DNA from: Halomonas sp.
GTDB lineage: Bacteria; Pseudomonadota; Gammaproteobacteria; Pseudomonadales; Halomonadaceae
Length of the DNA stretch: 64,000 nucleotides
Assembly: GCA_017515565.1 (NCBI GenBank)
Contig: JAFWFN010000019.1
Span: 17,785 to 81,784, forward strand
Direction of reading: 5' to 3'
The notes beneath the pieces are model-generated. The model did not search any database. It saw only the letters and a program-made list of their open reading frames with translations, and was not told where the DNA came from. The translations under genes were made by a program, and so were the position numbers. This document shows positions 10,535-19,709 of the stretch, in pieces (within the stretch, counting starts at the first letter, position 1; every line of letters starts with the position of its first letter).

Positions 10535-11317
10535 TTAACCACACTTAGACCAGCCGCAGCCTGCATAGCAGGTGGGGCAACCGTCCATCATGATTAACTC
10601 ACCGCGACACTCCGGGCAGTTGCCTACGCTGACGGGGCCACTGCCTTCAGGCTTTTTTACCGGTGCATCTGACCCGCCAATCGGTTCTACAGCGCCCTGC
10701 TCGAGCGCGGCGGCTTCGGCTTCTTCAGGCTGCCAGGCATGGCCGTGCTGCATACGATGTGCATAGCGCTCCACCAGCGTTTCCACTGGCACTTGGTTGC
10801 CATCCTGATCAAGAAAGCCACGGCGATAGAGAATTTGCTGAATCGACCAGGCAATCGCCGCGACTTCTGAGTCGTGGAACATCGGCTTGTTCCAGCGACT
10901 CATTCCACAGCGCACCAAGCCTTTATCCCAGGCCACCTTGCGCAGGTCGGCAACTGCCTGGGTCACATAGCCACCGCGGGCGGCCAGTGAAAGGCTGCGC
11001 ATAGTAGCCGTGATCCACTGGTGTTCACTGGAGAGCTGCCCGGAGGGAAAGAAAAACTCTACGGGCCGCTCAATCACTACCCGCCGGCCGCCCATCACGC
11101 CCTCTACGGGCATAAAAGAAACCAACAAATAGACTTTTTTACGCCCTTCAGCGCCTACGTAAGAAATCTTTTCAGAGACGGCTTCCAGCGTCCCTTCCGG
11201 GCGAGAGGGAATTCGAACCGTGAGCGGATCTTCTTCAGGCAGCTCAGGGGCAGGCGCGGCCTGCTCCTGCTGTTTAATGCGATAACCAACTATTTTTGAA
11301 GTAATTTCAACAGCCAT
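10535..11317 (-). CDS. nrdJb: Class II ribonucleotide reductase small subunit (NrdJb, TSCPD domain plus Zn ribbon)
   Basis: Directly downstream of nrdJa; C-terminal CPECRGELIMMDGCPTCYAGCGWSKCG. Start taken at ATG 11317 (GGAG RBS). Confidence 0.88.
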   Translation of the reverse strand: MAVEITSKIVGYRIKQQEQAAPAPELPEEDPLTVRIPSRPEGTLEAVSEKISYVGAEGRKKVYLLVSFMPVEGVMGGRRVVIERPVEFFFPSGQLSSEHQWITATMRSLSLAARGGYVTQAVADLRKVAWDKGLVRCGMSRWNKPMFHDSEVAAIAWSIQQILYRRGFLDQDGNQVPVETLVERYAHRMQHGHAWQPEEAEAAALEQGAVEPIGGSDAPVKKPEGSGPVSVGNCPECRGELIMMDGCPTCYAGCGWSKCG

Positions 11318-11374
11318 ATCGTTCTCCACTTAGCAAAGGTGTGCGTGGTTTAGTCAGTAAGATGCTGCCCGCAC

Positions 11375-13486
11375 TTACCATTTGCCGTAGGTGCCCTCTT
11401 TCAAGCCATCAAACAGGTTAGCGGCATTATGCTCTTCACCGTCGTAAATCACGGTTTCATCGCCGGTAAGCTCTAGGGTTTCGCCATTTTCCAGTTCAAA
11501 CACATAGGTGGTGTTTTTAAGGTCGTCTTCGCGTACCAGCACACCTTGGAAGGCTTCAGGGTTAAAACGGAAAGTGGTGCAGCCTTTTAAGCGGCTTTCG
11601 TAGGCTTGCAGGTAGAGGTTCTGGAATTTTTCAAACGCAAAATCGGTAGGCACGTTCACCGTTTTAGAAATGGCCGAATCAATCCACTGCTGAGCGGCTG
11701 CCTGCACGGCCACGTGCTGCTCCGGCGACACCGAATCAGCGGTAATAAAGTAGTCAGGTAGATCGCTCTCTACCGCCTCGGCGGCAATAAAGTGGCGGTA
11801 GGCCGCCAGCTCAAACGACACCACTTCAACCTGCTCTTTGGTCTTTTTGCCCGACTGAATAATGTTGCGGAAGTAGCGGTGCGAGAACGACGGCTCAATA
11901 CCGTTAGAGGCATTGTTACCCATGGAAAGCGAAATAGTCCCCGTCGGTGCAATCGAGCTGTGGTGGGTAAACCGCGCACCATGTTCGGCCAGTGCCGCCA
12001 CCAGCTCAGGCTCTAGCTCAGCGACTTTCGCCATATATTGGCTGTAGCGGGCATGTAGAATACGCCCTGGTACCTTGTCGCCCACTTCGTAACCATCGCT
12101 TGCAAGCTGGGGGCGCTCGCGCATCATCTTCGGCGTAATGGTGTGCTCTTGCTCTAACACCGGCGCCATACCTTTCTCTTTGGAAAGCTCTAACGCTTGC
12201 TTCCAACCCTCCAAGGCAAGGTGACGGCTGACCTCTTCAGTGAAGGCTAGCGACGCGTTTGAGCCATAGGGGATTTTGAGCATCGTCATCGTTGACCCCA
12301 GCCCTAAAAAGCCCATCCCGTGGCGACGCTTAGCTTCAATTTCACGCTGCTGCTGGGGAAGTGGCAGGCCAGCGATCTCCACGACGTTATCCAGCATGCG
12401 GGTAAAGATAGCCACCACTTTACGGTAGCGCTCCCAATCAAAACGCGGCTTATCGCTGAACGGTTCGATAACAAACTGAGTGAGGTTGATAGACCCCAAC
12501 AGGCAGGCGCCTTCCGGCGGTAGCGGCTGTTCACCACAGGGGTTTGTGGCGCGGATATCTTCGCAGAACCAGTTGTTGTTCATGCGATTAACCTGATCAA
12601 TCAGGATAAAGCCCGGCTCGGCGTAGTCGTAGGTTGAAGACATGATCGTGTCCCACAGCTCGCGGGCTTTGATCACTTCAACAATGCGGCAGGCCACACG
12701 GCCTTGCTCATCCACCGTATAGCCCTCTTCGATAACGGGCCAGTCGCGGTAGATCAGATCCTTGGCCTTAACGTCCTCTTTTTCACCGGGATGGAGCGGA
12801 AACGCCAGCGGCCAGTCGGCGTTGTTTTTCACCGCTTCCATAAACTCATCAGTGATTAACAGGCTAAGGTTGAACTGACGCAGGCGGCCCGCTTCCCGCT
12901 TGGCCTGGATAAACTCACGCACATCCGGATGACCGACATCGAAGGTACCCATCTGCGCACCACGGCGCCCACCGGCGGAGGCGACGGTGAAGCACATTTT
13001 GTCGTAGATATCCATGAACGCCAGCGGGCCGTTGGTACCGGCGCCTGCGCCAAATACGAAGGCGCCCTTATGGCGCAGCGTCGAAAAGTCGTAACCAATG
13101 CCAGCGCCAGACTTCAGCGTCATGCCCGCATCCACCACGGAATCCAGGATATCGCGCATGGAGTCGCGAATGGTGCGCGATACCGTGCAGTTAATCAGGC
13201 TCACCGCTGGCTTGTAGGCTTCGGCACCAGCGTTAGACAAAATCCGTCCGGCGGGAATAGCGCCGTTTTCCAGCGCCCAGCGAAATTTCGGCAGCCACTC
13301 GTTCGCTTTATCGCCCTCCACCGCCGCTAGCGCCCGCGCGACCCGCTCAAAGGTAGCACCTACATCCTGGTCAACAGAGCGACTATGACGATCTTTAAGG
13401 CGATACTTAGCGTCCCAGATCTCCCGCGAGGGTGCCTGCATCGGAACATCATTAGAGGTCTTCATAGCTTTAGCAGCGGTGCTCAT
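11375..13486 (-). CDS. nrdJa: Adenosylcobalamin-dependent class II ribonucleotide reductase, large subunit
   Basis: PAGRILSNAG, SLINCTVS, ATNPCGEQPL (radical Cys), ACLLGSINL, SIAPTGTIS, SAISKTVN, LKGCTTFR. Start taken at ATG 13486 (AGGAG RBS). Confidence 0.95.
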   Translation of the reverse strand: MSTAAKAMKTSNDVPMQAPSREIWDAKYRLKDRHSRSVDQDVGATFERVARALAAVEGDKANEWLPKFRWALENGAIPAGRILSNAGAEAYKPAVSLINCTVSRTIRDSMRDILDSVVDAGMTLKSGAGIGYDFSTLRHKGAFVFGAGAGTNGPLAFMDIYDKMCFTVASAGGRRGAQMGTFDVGHPDVREFIQAKREAGRLRQFNLSLLITDEFMEAVKNNADWPLAFPLHPGEKEDVKAKDLIYRDWPVIEEGYTVDEQGRVACRIVEVIKARELWDTIMSSTYDYAEPGFILIDQVNRMNNNWFCEDIRATNPCGEQPLPPEGACLLGSINLTQFVIEPFSDKPRFDWERYRKVVAIFTRMLDNVVEIAGLPLPQQQREIEAKRRHGMGFLGLGSTMTMLKIPYGSNASLAFTEEVSRHLALEGWKQALELSKEKGMAPVLEQEHTITPKMMRERPQLASDGYEVGDKVPGRILHARYSQYMAKVAELEPELVAALAEHGARFTHHSSIAPTGTISLSMGNNASNGIEPSFSHRYFRNIIQSGKKTKEQVEVVSFELAAYRHFIAAEAVESDLPDYFITADSVSPEQHVAVQAAAQQWIDSAISKTVNVPTDFAFEKFQNLYLQAYESRLKGCTTFRFNPEAFQGVLVREDDLKNTTYVFELENGETLELTGDETVIYDGEEHNAANLFDGLKEGTYGKW

Positions 13487-13574
13487 GTGGCAAAACTCCT
13501 TCACAACGGGGTGAATACAGTACTCAAATGAGGCGATTATACGTGGCATCGAAATGAAGTATAGACTTGACTTC

Positions 13575-13622
13575 ACACTATATACGCCACTTAATTTTCG
13601 TATTTACTACTAGATATAGGAA
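13575..13622. promoter_or_regulatory. Tandem NrdR boxes upstream of nrdJ
   Basis: ACTAGATATAGG (13609-13620) and weaker ACTATATACGCC (13577-13588) versus core aCwAtATaTwGt; 32 bp apart. Confidence 0.6.
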
Positions 13623-13692
13623 AATCAGCGCGTTAGCTTTTGTTGGTCGCTAACACGCTATAGGCTAGGGTTTTTCTTGTGCGAAATGACCC

Positions 13693-14271
13693 ATGCAAAC
13701 GTACACCTCTTTCCCAACGCTTGTGATTAGCACCATGGCGAGCGCCACCCTTTGGGTTGCCGCGCCCTTCGCCGCAGCGGCTACGTTTAACATTGAGCAG
13801 CCCGACACCCATGGCCATTGGCAGTCGATGGTGCTTGCCCTGGGTGACGAACGCCACGTGCGCGCAGTGGAAACCCACAGCTACTCAGATGCGACCTTAA
13901 GCCTCAACGCGACCCAGGGCGTTTGTGATCTACCTTGGCTGGAAATGCGCGTTACCCTTGAGCAGCAACAGGGGGAAAGCAAAGCGGTCAATCTCGTACC
14001 GGCTAGGCTGCGTATTGATGAGCAGCCCATCGTGGATACCATGGCGGAATTTATTACCGAGCGCGGCGACGATGGCTTTTACGCACACTTCTATCTCAGC
14101 GAAATGCCTGCATTAATAGACGACATGCGCCAGGGCGAGCAGCTATTTATCGGCTTTGACCAAGAAGCGAGCGCACCGTGGTATATGACGTTTAGCCTGG
14201 AAGGTGCTGATAGCGCCATTGGGCGCATGCAATCGCTGTGCGATGCCTTCTTATCTACTGATGCCCCCTAG
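13693..14271 (+). CDS. Secreted hypothetical protein
   Basis: 192-aa ORF; signal-peptide-like N-terminus ending AAAA; C-terminal FSLEGADSAI..LC reminiscent of IalB/VasI-like proteins. Confidence 0.7.
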   Translation: MQTYTSFPTLVISTMASATLWVAAPFAAAATFNIEQPDTHGHWQSMVLALGDERHVRAVETHSYSDATLSLNATQGVCDLPWLEMRVTLEQQQGESKAVNLVPARLRIDEQPIVDTMAEFITERGDDGFYAHFYLSEMPALIDDMRQGEQLFIGFDQEASAPWYMTFSLEGADSAIGRMQSLCDAFLSTDAP

Positions 14272-17010
14272 CTTATCGGCATGAATACACGCCTCGTCTT
14301 GTAGCCGTAAATGTTCGATGGGCTGGGGCCGCGAGAAGAAGTAGCCCTGGAAGGAGAGACACCCCTGGGCATAGAGCCAGTCACGGTGCGCTTGAGTCTC
14401 AACTCCCTCTGCAATGACCTCCAGCTCCAAGCTGTGAGCCAGCGCAATGACGGTTCGTACAATCGCGGCGTCGGCGGGGTCATCCAACACATCGCGAACA
14501 AACGACTGGTCAATTTTAAGCTGGTCCAGGGGGAGCTGCTTGAGGTAGGCCAGCGATGAATAGCCGGTGCCGAAATCATCCAGTGAGAAGCGAATCCCCA
14601 GCTGCCGCAGAGCCTCCATGCGGCAACGCACTTCGGCAATGTCCTCCATGAGCAGTGACTCGGTCACTTCAAGCTTTAGCCGCTGCGGATTGGCCCCGGT
14701 ACGTGCTAAGACTGCTTTTATTTGTTCAACAAAACCTTCTTGTCGGAACTGGTTAGGGCTAACGTTAACCGCAGCACACAGCGCTGAGGTATGCGGCTGC
14801 TGCGACCAGACCACTAGCTGCTGACAAGCCGTTTCCAGCACCCACTCACCAATTATCCCAATGAGGTGCGTTTCCTCCGCTAGCGGAATAAAGACGCCCG
14901 GTGACACAATACCGCGCCTGGGATGCACCCAGCGCACGAGCGCCTCAACGCCCACGACCTGGCCACGCTCATCCACCTGGGTTTGGTAGTAGAGCGAGAG
15001 CTGCTGTCGTTCTATCACGTGCCGTAGGTCAGATTCTAGCTGGGCACGCTCCATCACTGCGGCTTGCATGGAGGGGTCAAAAAAGCACAGCGCATTGCGC
15101 CCAGAGGCTTTGGCCTGGTACATCGCCAAATCTGCCTGCTGTAAAATTTCGCTTACGCCTACCGCCTCCCCCGCAAATAGCGTAACGCCAATACTGCCAG
15201 AGACCTGGAGTGGGTGGTCATCAATGACCAACGGTTCTCTGAGTGCGGTCAGCAGCTTATAAGCAACACCTTCTGCATGCTGCGCAGCCACCGCGATATC
15301 GTCCCCCAGCTCATGAAGCATAACGACAAATTCGTCGCCTCCCAAGCGGGCGGCGGTATCACTGTCACGCACAATACCCGCGAGCCGTTTGGCAACGGAT
15401 ACCAGTAACGCATCGCCTAGGTAGTGGCCCAGGCTGTCGTTAATGGTTTTGAAGTTGTCCAGGTCAATAAACATCACCGCGCTGTAGTGACTCTCCTGCC
15501 GTGTCTCCCGCTGCCGGGCCTCAATGCGGTCAATTAAAAGGCGACGGTTGGGAAGCCCGGTAAGGGCATCAAAAAACGCTAGCTGATGAATTTCCTGTTC
15601 AGCGGCTTTGCGCTGGGTGATATCACTCAAAGTAGCTACATAGTGGGTAACGGCGCCGCTATCATTGCAAACAACGCTAATGGTCAACCATTGGGGATAA
15701 ACTTCACCATTTTTACGCCGATTCCACACCTCACCTTGCCAGCGACCCTGCTCACTGAGGGATAGCCACATCTGTCGATAAAACGCGGCATCATGGCGGC
15801 CAGAATTCAGCATCGCCGGTGTAAGGCCCACCACTTCTTTTTCGTCGTAGCCGGTGATCTCACTAAAGGTGTGGTTAACCTGCACAATGCGGTTATCCGC
15901 ATCTGCAATAAACATGCCCAGGTGCGTTTCAAACGCCATTGCAGCAATTTTTAGCTGCGCGGCTTCAAGCTCAGTGGCTTGCTGCGCTTTTTTTCGGGCT
16001 GCCACCTCCTGAGTAAGCTGTTGGCGGTGTTCACGCAGGCCTTTTTCCGCCGCATAAAGGCGCCGGTAGTGGTGAAAGGCCGTCGCTCCCAGTGCTGCTA
16101 ATAGCCCCACTACCACCAAGATAATCCAAAACCGCCGCCACCAGTCGTTCAAATAAAAGGTGGTGTCTTCTCCACTGATGACTAGCCAGGGGGCATCACT
16201 CAATCGCCGCGCGCTAAACAGCCGCTGCGTATCATCGACTGGCGAAACGCGCTCCCACGTGGCCGCCAGTTGTTCACTTGCTAAAAAATGCGCCAGTTCG
16301 GGGGTACTGACCTCGCGGCCCAGCAAGGAGGGCGCTTCCTCGCCCCCCTGAGAGCGTTGCATGATGACACGGGGCGTAGCATCTAACAGTGCTAGACTAG
16401 CGCCTTCGTTCAGGGTTAAACGTCCCATCAGCTGCACAAAATAAGCAGGATCTAACCGCGCAACGATATAGGCCTCCGGCTCCCCAACGCTGTTTTCTAC
16501 GCTTAGTAGGTGGAGCAGGCGAAGTCCATCCGCTCTCTCTGACCAGTAAAGGCGCGAGACGACATCGCGGCGGGCACTTTGCCTGGCTAACCCAGACAAA
16601 ACCTCCTGTACGCCAACATCAAACCGCGTACTCTGAAGCGGTAGTGTTGATGCCAGTACATTGCCTTGCGGATCAAGCAGGCCAACTTCATCCCAAAGTG
16701 CGACTTGGTCGCGTTGCTGCAACAAATAGTGCGTCAGCACAGTCGTATCAATACGCTCGTCATGGGTGAGTTGATAGAGCGCCTCAACGCTCTCAAGGGC
16801 ATGACGTGAGGTCTCGAGGGCGCTTCCTAACCACTCCGCCACTACATCAGCACTAGCACCTGTACGCGACTGCGCCGAGGTTTGCTGGTTGAGATAGTAG
16901 GTGCGCATCTCCCACACCACCAGCATGATGATACTTGCCAGTAATAGGCTGCCAAAGAGCCCTACCCATCTAGGGGAGAGGTAGCGCCACTTCTCACTCC
17001 AATACCTCAA
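14251..17010 (-). CDS. Membrane Cache-like sensor-PAS-GGDEF-EAL protein
   Basis: Two TM segments flank a periplasmic region; PAS/PAC; RLGGDEF with RDSD I-site; EAL, DDFGTGYSSL, EGVE, QGY. TTG start overlaps the upstream stop (TTGA). Confidence 0.95.
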   Translation of the reverse strand: MRYWSEKWRYLSPRWVGLFGSLLLASIIMLVVWEMRTYYLNQQTSAQSRTGASADVVAEWLGSALETSRHALESVEALYQLTHDERIDTTVLTHYLLQQRDQVALWDEVGLLDPQGNVLASTLPLQSTRFDVGVQEVLSGLARQSARRDVVSRLYWSERADGLRLLHLLSVENSVGEPEAYIVARLDPAYFVQLMGRLTLNEGASLALLDATPRVIMQRSQGGEEAPSLLGREVSTPELAHFLASEQLAATWERVSPVDDTQRLFSARRLSDAPWLVISGEDTTFYLNDWWRRFWIILVVVGLLAALGATAFHHYRRLYAAEKGLREHRQQLTQEVAARKKAQQATELEAAQLKIAAMAFETHLGMFIADADNRIVQVNHTFSEITGYDEKEVVGLTPAMLNSGRHDAAFYRQMWLSLSEQGRWQGEVWNRRKNGEVYPQWLTISVVCNDSGAVTHYVATLSDITQRKAAEQEIHQLAFFDALTGLPNRRLLIDRIEARQRETRQESHYSAVMFIDLDNFKTINDSLGHYLGDALLVSVAKRLAGIVRDSDTAARLGGDEFVVMLHELGDDIAVAAQHAEGVAYKLLTALREPLVIDDHPLQVSGSIGVTLFAGEAVGVSEILQQADLAMYQAKASGRNALCFFDPSMQAAVMERAQLESDLRHVIERQQLSLYYQTQVDERGQVVGVEALVRWVHPRRGIVSPGVFIPLAEETHLIGIIGEWVLETACQQLVVWSQQPHTSALCAAVNVSPNQFRQEGFVEQIKAVLARTGANPQRLKLEVTESLLMEDIAEVRCRMEALRQLGIRFSLDDFGTGYSSLAYLKQLPLDQLKIDQSFVRDVLDDPADAAIVRTVIALAHSLELEVIAEGVETQAHRDWLYAQGCLSFQGYFFSRPQPIEHLRLQDEACIHADKLGGISR

Positions 17011-19010
17011 GATGGCTCCTTAATGGCGACTTCAACACGGTTGCGCCCACTGCGTTTTGCCTGGTACATCGCCATATCAGCGCGGGCGACTAACGTTTTG
17101 CAGCTGTCTCCGGGCCGCCATGCCGCGACCCCAACGCTGACGGTAATCGGCTGTGGTAATTTATTTACCTCCTGCGAGGCAACAAGGTGGCGCAGCCGCT
17201 CCGCCAGCCCAGCTGCCGCCTCTATATCGGAGTGAGTCGCTAGCACCACAAACTCTTCTCCGCCCCAGCGGCCAAGATGGTCACAACCGCGTAGAGAGCT
17301 TTCCACCAAGCGCGCTAGCGATACCAACACGTCGTCACCCAAGCTATGTCCGTAGCCATCGTTGATCTGCTTAAAGTGGTCGACATCGAACAGCAACACT
17401 GCAAAGACTGCGCCATAGCGTTTAGCTGCCACCAGCTCAGCGTCGATGGCTTGCTCAATGCGGTAGCGGTTCCACACCTGGGTAAGCGGGTCGAAATGCG
17501 CCAGCTGCTCTAAGCGCTGATTTGCTTCCGCCAGCGCTTTGCGCTCGCACTCTAGGTACATATTGAGCGTGCTGATTTCGTACGCTGAAATCGCCAACGT
17601 TAGGTCTTCCCCCAAGTCCACCGCCGCTAGGCGCTCGACCCGCTGCCACGACTCGCTTTTACCCACCACTTCTTCATGCCATGCCGCCGGGGGGGTGGCC
17701 ATGACGGCTTCCTGTGGGAAGGCTTTAGGCTGCATCGCCCAATAGAAGCTTTCTACCTGTTCAGGGCGGAAAAATAGCAGCCAGCCGCGCTGGGCGGGGT
17801 TCACGGGCAGGGGTACCGCTAGCACACCACACTGCTCGGGCATGGCTAGCGATGAGGTTAACGGCTCCTTAGAGATATCCCGGGTACACCACGGCCCGCT
17901 GTGTACATGGGCTTTATCCAAGCGCCTAGCCAACTGGCTAATCGCCTCTGGGGCAGGCGTATTACCAGACTGAAAAACGCTGCCCTTCGCCCATAGTGCC
18001 ACGCCGTGGGAACGAAACAGTGCCATCCAGGTATCTGCCTGTTCAGCTAAAAGTTGCTGGGGGCTTTGCGGCTCTACGCGTGCTTTGGTTGAAAGCGCCA
18101 GGCTATCCTGCACACGCTGTAGATAGCGCGCTTCTTGACGTGCCCGCAGCAGCAGCAGGCGCTGAGTCGCCATTTGCACCAGCATGCGCACTGCGTCACG
18201 CACCGGAGGAGCCACCGGATGTGGTTTCGCCGAATAACAAAACAGCAGCCCCCAAAGGCCAGTATCGCTCTGCATAGCAACGCTTAACGCCCCGCGAACG
18301 CCAAGACGGTGCAGATAGCGTTGACGCTCTGGAGCAGGGGCACGCAGAAAACTATCGTTAAGTGCCACAGGGCAGTCACGGGGGACTAAGTGTTCACTAG
18401 GCGCTGCCACATCCTCAATTAAGCGCACCGGGTGGCGCTCGTAGGCGAGGCGTAAGGAAAGGGGGAAATCGCTGGCGGGAAAACGCTGGCCTAGCAGTGT
18501 CGGCAAGCCGCTGCCGCATGCTTCGGCGACGATCAGCCCGTGCCAGTCGCTATCAAAGTGGCAGATCGACACGCGATCGTGACCGGTCAGCTCTTGAACA
18601 GCCCGCACCAGGTAGTCAAGCAACTCCTCTTGATGACTCGCTTCCGTCAGCCGCAGCAGGCGCTCATTCACCGTTCCTAACAAGCGCCGTTTCCCAATCG
18701 GTGTTAGTGGTTCAATTTCCACCACAACGTAGGCGCCTGAACGGTAGGCATACAGCTGAAAGCGCGTTGGGCTCGCCGGGCGGGTAAAGGTTAGCGGCCC
18801 GGCCAAGCGCTGCTGGCCCTGTAGCTCGTGGCGAAGCCGTTGGCTTAGGCGTTTACCAAGCACTCCCGACAGCATCTGATCACGCCCGTCGGTAACGGTC
18901 GTGCCAACAAGTGCGGCAAAGTTGCTACTGAAAGCTTGAATGCGCCGACTGTCAGCATCCAACACCAGTAAAGCGCCAAACGACTGAAGTAAAGGGTGTT
19001 GCTTCGGCAC
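17007..19010 (-). CDS. Bacteriophytochrome-fold (PAS2-GAF-PHY) diguanylate cyclase with degenerate chromophore pocket
   Basis: LQSFGALLVLD, LTGHDRV, RFPASDFP, LWGLL, FFRPE..FYWA match the BphP photosensory core; C-terminal DPLTQVWNR...RGCD..GRWGGEEF. Confidence 0.92.
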   Translation of the reverse strand: MPKQHPLLQSFGALLVLDADSRRIQAFSSNFAALVGTTVTDGRDQMLSGVLGKRLSQRLRHELQGQQRLAGPLTFTRPASPTRFQLYAYRSGAYVVVEIEPLTPIGKRRLLGTVNERLLRLTEASHQEELLDYLVRAVQELTGHDRVSICHFDSDWHGLIVAEACGSGLPTLLGQRFPASDFPLSLRLAYERHPVRLIEDVAAPSEHLVPRDCPVALNDSFLRAPAPERQRYLHRLGVRGALSVAMQSDTGLWGLLFCYSAKPHPVAPPVRDAVRMLVQMATQRLLLLRARQEARYLQRVQDSLALSTKARVEPQSPQQLLAEQADTWMALFRSHGVALWAKGSVFQSGNTPAPEAISQLARRLDKAHVHSGPWCTRDISKEPLTSSLAMPEQCGVLAVPLPVNPAQRGWLLFFRPEQVESFYWAMQPKAFPQEAVMATPPAAWHEEVVGKSESWQRVERLAAVDLGEDLTLAISAYEISTLNMYLECERKALAEANQRLEQLAHFDPLTQVWNRYRIEQAIDAELVAAKRYGAVFAVLLFDVDHFKQINDGYGHSLGDDVLVSLARLVESSLRGCDHLGRWGGEEFVVLATHSDIEAAAGLAERLRHLVASQEVNKLPQPITVSVGVAAWRPGDSCKTLVARADMAMYQAKRSGRNRVEVAIKEPS

Positions 19011-19030
19011 GAAAATAGCCTCGAAAAAGT

Positions 19031-19705
19031 CTATTCACCCTTGACCTGCTGCTTTAGCAACAGCTCAACGCGCCGATTGGCTGCTCGCCCTTCTGCGGTC
19101 GCGTTACTTTCCATGGGTTGGGTGTCGGCATATCCGACCGCCCGCATTCGTGAAACAGCGACTCCCTGGCGCTCAAGGTGGCGCACAACCGCAATCGCGC
19201 GACCTACCGAGAGCTCCCAATTCGACGGGAACCGAGGAGTAGCAATGGGTATATTATCGGTATGCCCTTCTACCGAAATTTGACCTTCAAAGGCCTCAAG
19301 CGCCGTTATCAGGTTTTCTAACACATCCTGTCCTTGGGCCGTTAGCACTGCATCGCCACTGGGAAACAACAGGCTATCGTCGATACGCAGGGTAAGGCCT
19401 TCACGGCCCTGGGAAACACTGACCCCGGGAATATTTAGCCCTGCCATCTGCGGCCTTAGCCCCTGGTGACGAGGCTGAATACCGGTGGCTAAGGTTGCCA
19501 GGGGCAGTGAAGTAATCGCACTGGCCGAGCGCATTCTGTCGCTATCAAATGCCTCCCCCCCTCCTGGTGGCGTTAATGCCAGCAGGAGGACAAAGAGGGT
19601 GATTAACAGCGTCAAAACGTCCAAGTAGCTCGTTAACCAGCTCTCATCACCCTCGCCTGCCGCAGGGGGAAGTTCCAGCGCATGACGGGCTTCGCTATCC
19701 AGCAT
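19031..19705 (-). CDS. Second stator B subunit (MotB/PomB/MotS family, OmpA-like domain)
   Basis: WLTSYLDVLTLLITLFVLLL TM segment with the essential Asp; VEGHTDNIPI...SNWELSVGRA...NRRVE. Confidence 0.9.
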   Translation of the reverse strand: MLDSEARHALELPPAAGEGDESWLTSYLDVLTLLITLFVLLLALTPPGGGEAFDSDRMRSASAITSLPLATLATGIQPRHQGLRPQMAGLNIPGVSVSQGREGLTLRIDDSLLFPSGDAVLTAQGQDVLENLITALEAFEGQISVEGHTDNIPIATPRFPSNWELSVGRAIAVVRHLERQGVAVSRMRAVGYADTQPMESNATAEGRAANRRVELLLKQQVKGE

Positions 19706-19709
19706 GGCG

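Noticed and set aside
13487-13692. Cobalamin riboswitch or FNR box for nrdJ
   Set aside because: No B12-box or TTGAT-N4-ATCAA seen, and the region is short and AT-rich.
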